From an uncultured Rickettsiales bacterium (lineage in GTDB: Bacteria; Pseudomonadota; Alphaproteobacteria; Rickettsiales; Deianiraeaceae): a stretch of DNA of 64,000 nucleotides. A program made the position numbers and the translations under genes. The notes below the pieces were generated by a model. It did no database searches and was not told the origin of the DNA. It saw nothing but the letters and a program-made list of their open reading frames with translations. Of the stretch, positions 1-6,924 are shown piece after piece (the first letter of the stretch is position 1; each line of letters begins with the position of its first letter). The stretch lies in NCBI GenBank assembly GCA_946413485.1, contig CAMKKS010000001.1, positions 4,749 through 68,748 on the forward strand, in the 5' to 3' direction.

Positions 1-226
1 ATGTGCTTGGTTTATTATTAACATTATCCCAATCAACAGAGTTTGCGGTTATTGTTATATTTCCGGTACCAACTAAAGAATTATTATTGATTGTTTTTAA
101 ATTATTTGAATCAATAAAATCAGAATCATTAGTTAAATCTGATGTTTTTGTTGGTATAGCGGAAGATATATATATTTTCATCTTATTAAAAAAATAAGAT
201 AATCCAGAATTTGTTAAATATTTCAT
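1..226 (-). CDS. tail-fibre-like protein, N-terminal fragment (continues beyond left edge)
   Basis: Minus frame open from ATG 226-224 (AAGGGG SD upstream) to nt 1: MKYLTNSGLSYFFNKMKIYISSAIPTKTSDLTNDSDFI...; same N-terminal pattern as fibre 22891-24873 (FWKNVKEYIDSRI..PTKVSDLQNDAGYY). Absent from ORF track (no stop in window); supersedes antisense ORF 3-197. Confidence 0.55.
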   Translation of the reverse strand, partial: MKYLTNSGLSYFFNKMKIYISSAIPTKTSDLTNDSDFIDSNNLKTINNNSLVGTGNITITANSVDWDNVNNKPST

Positions 227-245
227 AAAAACCCCTTAAAATTTT

Positions 246-530
246 TTAAGAAGGTGCTCCAACATAAGCGTTAACAGCATTTAAATTAGTAAGTTCAACT
301 TTGTTTCTAGGTGCGGTAGGATCTTTGATGTAAATTCCTTTCTTTTCAAAAGTTACTGTTTCTTTTTCTGCTGGATTAACAATCCATGTGCCTTTCTGAT
401 ATGTTAATTTTTGACAGAAAAATTTATTATCCTTTTTAGATAAAATAACATAAGGAATTCCGTCATATTCGTCATACCATGAAACTAAACAATCAACAGC
501 TTCATTTAAAAAATAATTTGTAAAATTCAT
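246..530 (-). CDS. hypothetical protein with capsid-targeting-like (CTS-like) N-terminus
   Basis: 94-aa ORF; N-terminus MNFTNYFLNE/AVD fits leader M-x-F-x-x-[FY]-[FL]-x-E ending in L-x-E; TATAAATA box 33 nt upstream. Confidence 0.55.
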   Translation of the reverse strand: MNFTNYFLNEAVDCLVSWYDEYDGIPYVILSKKDNKFFCQKLTYQKGTWIVNPAEKETVTFEKKGIYIKDPTAPRNKVELTNLNAVNAYVGAPS

Positions 531-562
531 TTAAAAATCTCCATTTAAAATTCTTTTTTAAT

Positions 563-574
563 TATTTATAAATA
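563..574. promoter_or_regulatory. divergent T4-type late promoter pair (palindromic TATTTATAAATA)
   Basis: TATAAATA on + strand 567-574, 26 nt before ATG 600; its complement 563-570 lies 33 nt before ATG 530 on the minus strand. T4 late promoter consensus is TATAAATA. Confidence 0.5.
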
Positions 575-599
575 TCTTTAAATAAATAAGAGATTTAAA

Positions 600-1556
600 A
601 TGTTTTTACATAACACAATTAGAAAATATACTCTAGCACTTTTAGATTTTTTTAACGAGGTTGAAGTTCAACACAAAGACTCGGACGGCGCTTTAATAAC
701 TCAGAAAATTCCTATATCTTATAGGAACAAAGAAAAAGAGCAGCTGATGGATAAAACCTGGCTTCAGCAGATTAAAGGGGATATGAATATTTTACCTTTA
801 GGGTCGTTATGTTTAAATTCAATTTCAAAAGCTCAAGATAGAGCAACCTCAAAATATAATCGTTTTACTAAATTAAGAGAAGATAGAACGATTGAATATA
901 TGTATAATCCAGTTCCTTATGATTTTTCTTTTGAAGTTTCATATTTTTGTAGGGGAATGAACGAAGCCTGCCAGATTATTGAAGAGATCTGTCCAAAATT
1001 TAATCCGAATGTCGCGATTGATATCTATGACTCGGAAAATCAAGACGAACCGTCAAGAATTCCTGTTCAGCTTTCTGATGTTTCTTATGAATTTTTAGGA
1101 TTTGAAGAATATTCTTTAAACCTAATAAAAGTAACTTTTTCAATAAATCTTTCAGGCTGGATGTTTCCACCGATTAAAGAATATTCTAAAATTAAAGAAT
1201 TTAACATAAATCTTTTAACACCTCAAAGAGAATCTGAGCTTCTTCATTTTGACGTGATTGACGGTTATCCGAGAATTCCACCTGATATTTTGAGAGATCC
1301 AAATCTTGAAACAAGATTGTACGTAAAAGCTTATGCTTTAACTTTAGAGAATAATATTTTAAGAGTTTCGTACGAATCAAATTCAAAAGAAAAACCTGAA
1401 ATTTCGTTTGTTTCTGATGATTGTGAAATAATTCACAAATCAAAATTTGAAAGTTTTTGTGAGATAAAAAATCCTAAAGAGAATTTTACAGTTTGTGCGA
1501 TTGTAAAAATTCAGAATGAAAGGTCAAGTATTTTAAAAACTTTTAAAAATTCTTAA
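600..1556 (+). CDS. tail sheath stabiliser / tail completion protein (T4 gp15-like)
   Basis: RKYTLALLDFFNEVEVQ..ITQKIPISYRNKEKE, YNPVPYDFSFEVSYFCRGMNEACQIIEEICPKFNP and INLSGWMFPP match my recollection of T4 gp15 (RRYATLMGDLFSNIQI..IRVPITYASKEH; YNPSPIKMIYELSIFTR..QIVEQILPYFQP; FEVNGWMYPP). Confidence 0.8.
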   Translation: MFLHNTIRKYTLALLDFFNEVEVQHKDSDGALITQKIPISYRNKEKEQLMDKTWLQQIKGDMNILPLGSLCLNSISKAQDRATSKYNRFTKLREDRTIEYMYNPVPYDFSFEVSYFCRGMNEACQIIEEICPKFNPNVAIDIYDSENQDEPSRIPVQLSDVSYEFLGFEEYSLNLIKVTFSINLSGWMFPPIKEYSKIKEFNINLLTPQRESELLHFDVIDGYPRIPPDILRDPNLETRLYVKAYALTLENNILRVSYESNSKEKPEISFVSDDCEIIHKSKFESFCEIKNPKENFTVCAIVKIQNERSSILKTFKNS

Positions 1557-1576
1557 GTTCTTTATATAAAGAATAT

Positions 1577-1612
1577 AAAAAAACACTGTAAAATCCGTTT
1601 CACAGTGTTTTT
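1577..1612 (+). terminator. rho-independent terminator after gp15-like gene
   Basis: AAACACTGT (1581-1589) / ACAGTGTTT (1602-1610) stem, A-run before and T-run after (bidirectional shape). Confidence 0.55.
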
Positions 1613-1649
1613 AAGATAATTATAAAATCCATTTTATAATTTTTAATTT

Positions 1650-1841
1650 TCAATCCCGCCCAGAAGAAGCGGTTAATCTAACTCGATCTTCGTGTTCTTC
1701 TATCCAAAACACATCTTCTTCAGTAATTTCATATTTGTCGTAATAATCTTCACCCCAATATTGAAATCCGTCAATTGTGATTTTCTTATTTTTATCAATT
1801 TTCTTTAAAGCTTTTATCAATTCACCTACTGTATATTTCAT
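1650..1841 (-). CDS. hypothetical small protein
   Basis: 63-aa ORF abutting 1842-2102, same early-type transcription unit; TGA stop. Confidence 0.5.
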   Translation of the reverse strand: MKYTVGELIKALKKIDKNKKITIDGFQYWGEDYYDKYEITEEDVFWIEEHEDRVRLTASSGRD

Positions 1842-2102
1842 TTAAATATCCTCGATGTAGTAAAGCTTGTAACCGTTCTTGAGATAATCGTCCAAAGCTG
1901 AGTATAAACAGAATTTTTCGCAAGTTTCTTCGTGTTCTTTAGACCAGCAATATTGTTCGTCTGAAGCAAATTTATATGATATAATCAATTTTCCTTCTAA
2001 TGTTGTTTTGAGCACAACAAATTCAACTAAATTGTGTAACGAATTTCCCTTTAAAGGGGTTGTTTTGCTTAATTCAATTCTAACCATTTTTACGTTCCTC
2101 AA
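1842..2102 (-). CDS. hypothetical small protein
   Basis: 86-aa ORF; GAGGAACG SD and TTTACA-N16-TATAAT promoter directly upstream. Confidence 0.55.
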   Translation of the reverse strand: MRNVKMVRIELSKTTPLKGNSLHNLVEFVVLKTTLEGKLIISYKFASDEQYCWSKEHEETCEKFCLYSALDDYLKNGYKLYYIEDI

Positions 2103-2123
2103 TCATTGCTTGACTATGATTAT

Positions 2124-2151
2124 ATTATAACGTATTTTAAAGATTTGTAAA
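2124..2151 (-). promoter_or_regulatory. sigma70-type (early) promoter TTTACA-N16-TATAAT
   Basis: Minus strand reads TTTACA (2151-2146), 16-nt spacer, TATAAT (2129-2124); followed by conserved leader ATAATCATAGTCAAGCAATGATTGAGGAACG. Same cassette recurs at least 9 times in the window. Confidence 0.6.
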
Positions 2152-2230
2152 CAGTTATTTTAAGATTTTTTATCAAAAATCCTATTTAATTGTATTAAAA
2201 TTGATAAAATTCTCAAAAATAGTTTAAAAT

Positions 2231-2280
2231 ATACAGTATACAGTATTGTTTATCTGTATTTAGATACTGTATATAGTATC
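2231..2280. repeat. ACTGTATA-type palindromes (second copy of family at 26986-27040)
   Basis: ATACAGTATACAGTAT ... GATACTGTATATAGTATC followed by TTTTGAGATTTTT; related to GATACTGTATACAGTAC...TTTTGAGATTTTTG at 26983-27100. Confidence 0.5.
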
Positions 2281-2327
2281 TTTTGAGATTTTTAAAATTT
2301 TTTAAAGCTTTTTGAAGGTCAAAAATA

Positions 2328-2360
2328 ACGTATTGAGCTTCGCTCAAAAGTCTATTACGT
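2328..2360. repeat. ACGTAAT hairpin family member
   Basis: ACGTATTGAGC..loop..AAAAGTCTATTACGT flanked by A-run and T-run. Confidence 0.6.
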
Positions 2361-2416
2361 ATTATTTAAAAATTTTTGATTTTCTTATATAAAGATATCT
2401 TTAAAAACACTTTAAA

Positions 2417-2452
2417 TGAGTTCTAGTTTTCGGATTGAAAGTTCTAGTTTTG
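2417..2452. repeat. GTTCTAG box pair
   Basis: GAGTTCTAGTTTT and AAGTTCTAGTTTT 22 nt apart, followed by AAAAATTCGATATTAAGGTATTTTTATATAAAG as in other islands. Confidence 0.5.
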
Positions 2453-2510
2453 AGTAAAAATTCGATATTAAGGTATTTTTATATAAAGAAAAATAAATAA
2501 TTTAAAAACT

Positions 2511-2990
2511 ATGAAATATAAATCGTATAAAGGTTGGTATAAGATAATCAACACTCAAAAATTTATCAAACCGCTTGACGAATATATGGAATCAACTGTC
2601 TTTAAAGACGGGAATCTTTTTATTCAATACAAGTCAAAACTCGAATATATCGCTTTCAGATTTGCTGATTTAAATCCTAAAATTGTTAAATTCTCTGTTG
2701 AACCTTTTAATATAAAATATATAAAACCGCTTGATAACAAAGAGCACAGATATTATATTGATTTATTTTTAGAATTTCAAACAGGTGAAAAATTTTTAGT
2801 TGAAGTAAAATCTAAAGCTGAAACACATCCACCTAAAAAACCTAAATCATTTAACGCAAGAACAGCGAATAATTACAAAACCGCGTTAGAAACATATATT
2901 GTGAATACCGCAAAATGGAAAGCTGCGAAGAGTTTCGCTGAATTGAATAATATGAATTTTTTGATTTTAACTGAAGACGAATTGAAATGA
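2511..2990 (+). CDS. PD-(D/E)XK-type nuclease (TnsA-N / T4 gp4 head-completion-nuclease-like)
   Basis: 159 aa; ..HRYYIDLFLEF..GEKFLVEVKSKAE.. gives D-x(n)-E-V-K catalytic-type motif preceded by SKLEYIAFRFAD; family assignment by eye only. Confidence 0.45.
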   Translation: MKYKSYKGWYKIINTQKFIKPLDEYMESTVFKDGNLFIQYKSKLEYIAFRFADLNPKIVKFSVEPFNIKYIKPLDNKEHRYYIDLFLEFQTGEKFLVEVKSKAETHPPKKPKSFNARTANNYKTALETYIVNTAKWKAAKSFAELNNMNFLILTEDELK

Positions 2991-3061
2991 TATTAAAAGC
3001 TTTTATTTAAAATATTTTTAAAGTATTTTATATATAAGGAAATTGAAAAAATTTTTTTATT

Positions 3062-3150
3062 ACGTTATTCAAAATAACAAAAAGGTCATTACGTAATAAT
3101 TCATTTAATGAAAAATAACGTAATGACCTTTTCAAAAAAGCTTATAACGT
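3062..3150. repeat. two ACGTAAT-family hairpins
   Basis: ACGTTATTCAAAATAACAAAAAGGTCATTACGT (3062-3094) and ACGTAATGACCTTTTCAAAAAAGCTTATAACGT (3118-3150). Confidence 0.6.
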
Positions 3151-3151
3151 A

Positions 3152-3709
3152 TTATTTAATATTTTTTAAAATATCTTTAAGAGCTTTAAACAAATGTTTA
3201 AATTTAACAACTTCTGTTTCAAGATTGATGTTTGAAACTTCAGAACCGATTTTAATAAACTGATAAAATCTTTCAAAACATTTAATCAAAGAGAGTTTTC
3301 TATAAATCAACTCATTTAAACAGTTTTCGTTTGTTTTTTGAACTTCTTGAGCGTAAGCAAATGTTTTGTTAACGTCATACTCATCAAGATTTATATCCAT
3401 CTCAAAAAATTTATCGTCTCTTAAATCCCACTCGGGAACATTCAGCCCTAATCTTGAAGCTGCATCCTTAAAAAGATTTGAACAAGGTTCTAAAAGCTCG
3501 TAAAAATTATCAATTTTAGCTTTATTTCGTAAAAGCTGAAGATCGTACTCATGATTAAAGAAAATATCGTCTCTGAAAGCTTTAGCATATTTTAAAGTAT
3601 CAAGAGTTATCTTTTCGGCACCGCCAACAAAATCCTTAAATTTAACAATTTTAGGTAGCTTATGATTATCAGCTTCGTTTATATTTTTTAAATATTCTTT
3701 AAATAACAT
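3152..3709 (-). CDS. hypothetical protein with CTS-like N-terminus
   Basis: 185 aa; MLFKEYLKNINE/ADN (I-N-E site). Confidence 0.6.
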   Translation of the reverse strand: MLFKEYLKNINEADNHKLPKIVKFKDFVGGAEKITLDTLKYAKAFRDDIFFNHEYDLQLLRNKAKIDNFYELLEPCSNLFKDAASRLGLNVPEWDLRDDKFFEMDINLDEYDVNKTFAYAQEVQKTNENCLNELIYRKLSLIKCFERFYQFIKIGSEVSNINLETEVVKFKHLFKALKDILKNIK

Positions 3710-3736
3710 TTTAAAATTCCTTTGAAATATTTAAAA

Positions 3737-3744
3737 TATTTATA
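3737..3744 (-). promoter_or_regulatory. T4-type late promoter box TATAAATA
   Basis: Complement of tatttata, 28 nt upstream of ATG 3709. Confidence 0.45.
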
Positions 3745-3825
3745 TTATCAAAGCTCTTTTAACGTCTTTTTAAACTAACGTAATGAACTTTTATGATTGT
3801 CTTATTTTACGTTATAAAAATTTAA

Positions 3826-4200
3826 TTAAATAATTTTATTTTCAGAACAGATAACGATAAACAGACAGGCTGAATCTTCGTCTTTCTTTAAATCTTCAAT
3901 CATATCTTTTAAAAAGATCTTTAAATCTTCTTCAAAATTTTCTGAAGGTTCAGAGTCGGCAAATCTGAAGGAATTTCCATCTTTTTTAAGAATTAAACCA
4001 TATTTGTTTTCAGAACCGTATTGATTTAAAATTTTGGCTACAATCTGAATTCTCTTTGCTTTAATCAGTTGATTAAAAACATTTAAGATAATTCCTAATT
4101 CTTTTGTGAGCTCAGCTTTTGAAGGTGCATCAGAATTACCTGAAATAAACTCGGAAGCTTTTGAAATAATATCAGCTTCTACTAAAAAATCTTTAAACAT
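3826..4200 (-). CDS. hypothetical protein with CTS-like N-terminus
   Basis: 124 aa; MFKDFLVE/ADI (L-V-E site). Confidence 0.55.
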   Translation of the reverse strand: MFKDFLVEADIISKASEFISGNSDAPSKAELTKELGIILNVFNQLIKAKRIQIVAKILNQYGSENKYGLILKKDGNSFRFADSEPSENFEEDLKIFLKDMIEDLKKDEDSACLFIVICSENKII

Positions 4201-4290
4201 TTAAATTTCCTTTTAAAAAATTTTAATATTCTTATATTATAATATAATAAAAAACTTTTAAATGAGTTCTAGAACTCTCAAACAGGGAAA

Positions 4291-4316
4291 GGGTCTATTA
4301 GAATTCTAATAAACCC
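4291..4316. terminator. hairpin GGGTCTATTAGA-ATTC-TAATAAACCC
   Basis: 12-bp stem with one mismatch, T-rich on both sides; bounds the GC-rich element 4321-4470. Confidence 0.4.
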
Positions 4317-4320
4317 TTTT

Positions 4321-4470
4321 AAAAGGCCTTTAACTGGTCCGCTATCACGCAGAGGAAGCGCATAAAGGCTCTATTTTTAGAGGTGCATCTGTGGCACCAT
4401 CTGCTGGCTGGCACGTGGCCAGTCGTGGCAATCTAAGCCCGCTTACACAGATGCACAAAAGGCTCTATCT
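4321..4470. ncRNA. GC-rich structured element of unknown class (candidate ncRNA)
   Basis: About 52% G+C over 4331-4460 (my count) in a <30% background; no ORF; 11-bp closing stem GTGCATCTGTG (4383-4393) / CACAGATGCAC (4446-4456), inner stem CTGGC-ACGTG-GCCAG, flanking direct repeat AAAGGCTCTAT (4365, 4459). Strand not determined. Confidence 0.35.
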
Positions 4471-4472
4471 TT

Positions 4473-4724
4473 CTAGGAATCCATCGGTGGATTTAAAACA
4501 TAATCTAAATTTACACTCTCAATAACAGCACGTTCTTCGAGAATACTCAAATATGCTTTCATTGTATTATACTGTGCAGACAAAAGACTTCTACTACATT
4601 TAGGTACAAAATTCAAAGTTTCCCAATTATTTAACATGTTACCTAATTTAACTGTTTTTGACAACAGTTCTTTATATTCAATAACAAATCTTTGCTGCCA
4701 ATCTGGCAATTCTTCAAACTTCAT
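4473..4724 (-). CDS. hypothetical protein
   Basis: 83-aa ORF, TAG stop, immediately downstream of tRNA-Gln in the minus direction. Confidence 0.5.
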   Translation of the reverse strand: MKFEELPDWQQRFVIEYKELLSKTVKLGNMLNNWETLNFVPKCSRSLLSAQYNTMKAYLSILEERAVIESVNLDYVLNPPMDS

Positions 4725-4758
4725 TTTTTATCCTTCAAATTTCAAACAAAACAAATAG

Positions 4759-4833
4759 TGGCTGGGGTAGCAAGATTCAAACTTGCGAATGGCGGGATCA
4801 AAACCCGCTGCCTTATCACTTGGCTATACCCCA
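4759..4833 (-). tRNA. tRNA-Gln (anticodon UUG)
   Basis: TGGGGTA TA GCCAAGTGATAAGGC A GCGGG TTTTGAT CCCGC CATTC GCAAG TTTGAAT CTTGC TACCCCA G CCA; 75 nt cloverleaf, CCA encoded. Confidence 0.85.
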
Positions 4834-4838
4834 ATTTT

Positions 4839-4912
4839 TGGCAGGAACTAAAGGATTTGAACCCTTACAAAATGATTTGGAATCATTTGTGCTACCATTA
4901 CACCAAGTCCCT
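4839..4912 (-). tRNA. tRNA-Trp (anticodon CCA)
   Basis: AGGGACT TG GTGTAATGGTAGCAC A AATGA TTCCAAA TCATT TTGT AAGGG TTCAAAT CCTTT AGTTCCT G CCA; 74 nt. Confidence 0.85.
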
Positions 4913-5011
4913 AAAATTTTAACAATCATTATCCTTTTTAAAGGTCCTTCGATTGTTTTAAGGCTATTCACAAACTTAACCTTAAAGATATTTTAAAACA
5001 TCTTTAAAAAA

Positions 5012-5098
5012 TGGAGCGGGCCTCACGAGAATTGAACTCGGGCTTGATAAATCCTTTAACTAGTATATCTAAATACCAAGTAAACCATTCACCCGCAC
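5012..5098 (-). tRNA. long (type II-like) tRNA-like gene, non-canonical
   Basis: Ends ..CGAG TTCAATT CTCG TGA GGCCCGC T CCA with 5' GCGGGTG; about 85 nt. Only stem-loop in the anticodon region is GGTAT-TTAGAT-ATACT (6-nt loop, UAG centre). I could not fold a standard D arm or a 7-bp acceptor. Confidence 0.4.
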
Positions 5099-5106
5099 TT
5101 TAAAAG

Positions 5107-5124
5107 AGGTTCTTTCGAACCTCG
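5107..5124 (-). terminator. GAGGTTC-GAAA-GAACCTC hairpin upstream of tRNA-like gene
   Basis: 7-bp stem, GAAA tetraloop, TTTT after it on the minus strand; copies at 6012-6029 and 6135-6151. Confidence 0.5.
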
Positions 5125-5238
5125 AACAAAGGAAATAATTTACAATTCTATACTTTTCAGGGGGAAATCTTATGATATATCAAATTCAGTTAAATCTTTT
5201 TATTACTTTCTTTAAAATTCATTTTTCTTATCTTAAAG

Positions 5239-5317
5239 TGGCGGGAATGGCAAGACTCGAACTTGCGACACGCAGATTAACAATCTGCCGTTATCTAACC
5301 AACTGAACTACATTCCC
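5239..5317 (-). tRNA. tRNA-Asn (anticodon GUU)
   Basis: GGGAATG TA GTT..AAC G GCAGA TTGTTAA TCTGC GTGTC GCAAG TTCGAGT CTTGC CATTCCC G CCA; 79 nt with a large D loop. Confidence 0.8.
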
Positions 5318-5556
5318 GTTTCAAAATCGTAATAATACAAAGTTATTTTAAATATATTTATATAAAAACCTCGAGAATTTGATTTTCTAACTTTTAAAGT
5401 TTTATTTAAAATTGAATTTTTAAAAATTATTTCAACTTCAACTTCTTCGTTAGGTGTATCAAACCAACCGTATAAAAATAAATCTTCTACATCTTTAAAT
5501 TTTTCAGATTTATTTTTTATGTGTTTTAAAATATTTTTCTTTAATACAAACTTCAT
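5308..5556 (-). CDS. hypothetical protein (doubtful)
   Basis: 82-aa ORF whose 3' end overlaps the 5' end of tRNA-Asn by 10 nt; no homology recognised. Confidence 0.3.
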   Translation of the reverse strand: MKFVLKKNILKHIKNKSEKFKDVEDLFLYGWFDTPNEEVEVEIIFKNSILNKTLKVRKSNSRGFYINIFKITLYYYDFETGM

Positions 5557-5694
5557 AATACATAAATTATTTATCTGAATTTAAAACTCATTATAAAGGA
5601 TTTTAACCCTTAATCAATAATGACCGAAAAAAGAGAGACTTTAAAAATCCTTTTAAAAATTTAACAATCCATTGTTAAAAGTCTCTCAAAATTT

Positions 5695-5763
5695 TAAGAA
5701 CTTCGGGAATTAAACCCGATCCTTCCATCAACGATGACATGCTACCAATAACACCAAGTTCCT
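5695..5763 (-). pseudogene. tRNA-like gene with truncated anticodon arm
   Basis: AGGAACT TG GTGTTATTGGTAGCAT G TCATC-GTT-GATGG AAGGA TCGGG TTTAATT CCCGA AGTTCTT; good acceptor, D and T arms but a 3-nt loop (GTT); about 68 nt; no CCA. Confidence 0.35.
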
Positions 5764-5905
5764 AAAAATCGTGAAACATTTTAAAAATTCTCAAAATTGA
5801 TTGCCTGACCTAATTTAATAGGTAAACTTCAATCAGGCAGCGATGGTTAAACCCAAAAATTACACAGCAGCAAGAGCATTCCAACTAGACCGCTAGTTCT
5901 TAAAA

Positions 5906-5980
5906 TGGTGCTGGTGGAAGGAATTGAACCATCAACCTACTGATTACAAGGCAGTTGCTCTACCTTTGAGCTACACCAGC
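5906..5980 (-). tRNA. tRNA-Thr (anticodon UGU)
   Basis: GCTGGTG TA GCTCAAAGGTAGAGC A ACTGC CTTGTAA TCAGT AGGTT GATGG TTCAATT CCTTC CACCAGC A CCA; 75 nt, one mismatch each in the anticodon and T stems. Confidence 0.8.
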
Positions 5981-6011
5981 ATTTTTTAAATATTTATAAT
6001 CTTTCTCGAAA

Positions 6012-6029
6012 GAGGTTCTTTCGAACCTC
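6012..6029 (-). terminator. GAGGTTC-GAAA-GAACCTC hairpin upstream of tRNA-Thr
   Basis: Identical to the 5107-5124 copy. Confidence 0.5.
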
Positions 6030-6051
6030 AAAGGAGAACGTAATATGAAAC

Positions 6052-6130
6052 TGGTGGGCGGTAAGGGATTCGAACCCTTGACCTACGGATTAAAAGTCCG
6101 TTGCTACTAAACCGACTGAGCTAACCGCCC
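6052..6130 (-). tRNA. tRNA-Lys (anticodon UUU)
   Basis: GGGCGGT TA GCT..AGC A ACGGA CTTTTAA TCCGT AGGTC AAGGG TTCGAAT CCCTT ACCGCCC A CCA; 79 nt. Confidence 0.9.
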
Positions 6131-6134
6131 GAAA

Positions 6135-6151
6135 GAGGTCCAAAGGACCTC
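6135..6151 (-). terminator. GAGGTCC-TTT-GGACCTC hairpin upstream of tRNA-Lys
   Basis: 7-bp stem flanked by T-runs on the minus strand; variant of the 5107/6012 hairpin. Confidence 0.5.
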
Positions 6152-6218
6152 AAAAAAGATAAAATATCTATTAAGTTAATTCTAATTAATACTGTTTTTT
6201 AAGAGAACAATAAAACTC

Positions 6219-6512
6219 TTAAATTTTTCTAATTTCCTTTTCAAGGTTTTTTAAAACTTCACCAAAATTTATAAGCATTTCAGGTTTGAAGTTCATATTA
6301 TCCTCGAGAGAAACTTTTAAAATCTCAAAAATTCCACCCTTAAACATATAAGTAATGAACGAGGTCATTTGTGACCCTGGAACATAAAAATGCCTAGTAA
6401 CAGTGAAATCAGAATCTTTAGATTTTATTTCCGCAAACTTTAAAGGTGTTAATCCGTTTCTTTTACAGATTTTAATAAATTCTAAATCTTTCTCTTCAAA
6501 ATTCATTTTCAT
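6219..6512 (-). CDS. hypothetical protein
   Basis: 97-aa ORF inside the tRNA region. Confidence 0.5.
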   Translation of the reverse strand: MKMNFEEKDLEFIKICKRNGLTPLKFAEIKSKDSDFTVTRHFYVPGSQMTSFITYMFKGGIFEILKVSLEDNMNFKPEMLINFGEVLKNLEKEIRKI

Positions 6513-6924
6513 TCCTTAATTTAACGTTTTATAATCCAGTTTTAAAAACTGAATTTAATCGAATAAATAAGGTTTTTACAGAACCTTTTAACTGTTATCT
6601 ATTAAGACTCTTCTAGTCAAATTTGTATATGAACTGTTTTTTCGGAACAATAAAACCGTGTAATTTTTTACGGAAAACTACAAAACCGCTTTTTTGCAAC
6701 ATAAATCGTTGCGATTTTTACAGAACCGCAAAACTGTCATAGGTCTGTTATATCCCTTATGAATTTTGTTTTGAAATCGTTGTAGTTTTTAATGGAAAAC
6801 TACAAAACCTTCTCTTATGGTATGAATACTGTTTTTTTAACGGAACAATAAAACCGTTTTGTTTCTTTTAAAAGTTATACTTATCTTCACAATGCTATGT
6901 TAACTCTTAAAAAGAATTCGTTAA

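Noticed and set aside
3-197. 64-aa + strand ORF at the left edge.
   Set aside because: It is antisense to an open minus-strand frame with an SD and clear similarity to the N-terminus of the tail fibre 22891-24873.
4692-4922. 76-aa + strand ORF.
   Set aside because: It lies entirely across tRNA-Gln and tRNA-Trp on the opposite strand and is an artefact of the tRNA sequences.
6540-6900. Short repeats ACTGTTTTTT(.)CGGAACAATAAAACCG and GGAAAACTACAAAACC as degenerate tRNAs or small RNAs.
   Set aside because: No T-loop or acceptor signatures and only 3-5 bp stems. I cannot support any specific RNA gene. It is probably decayed intergenic filler of the tRNA region, though expression data could revise this.
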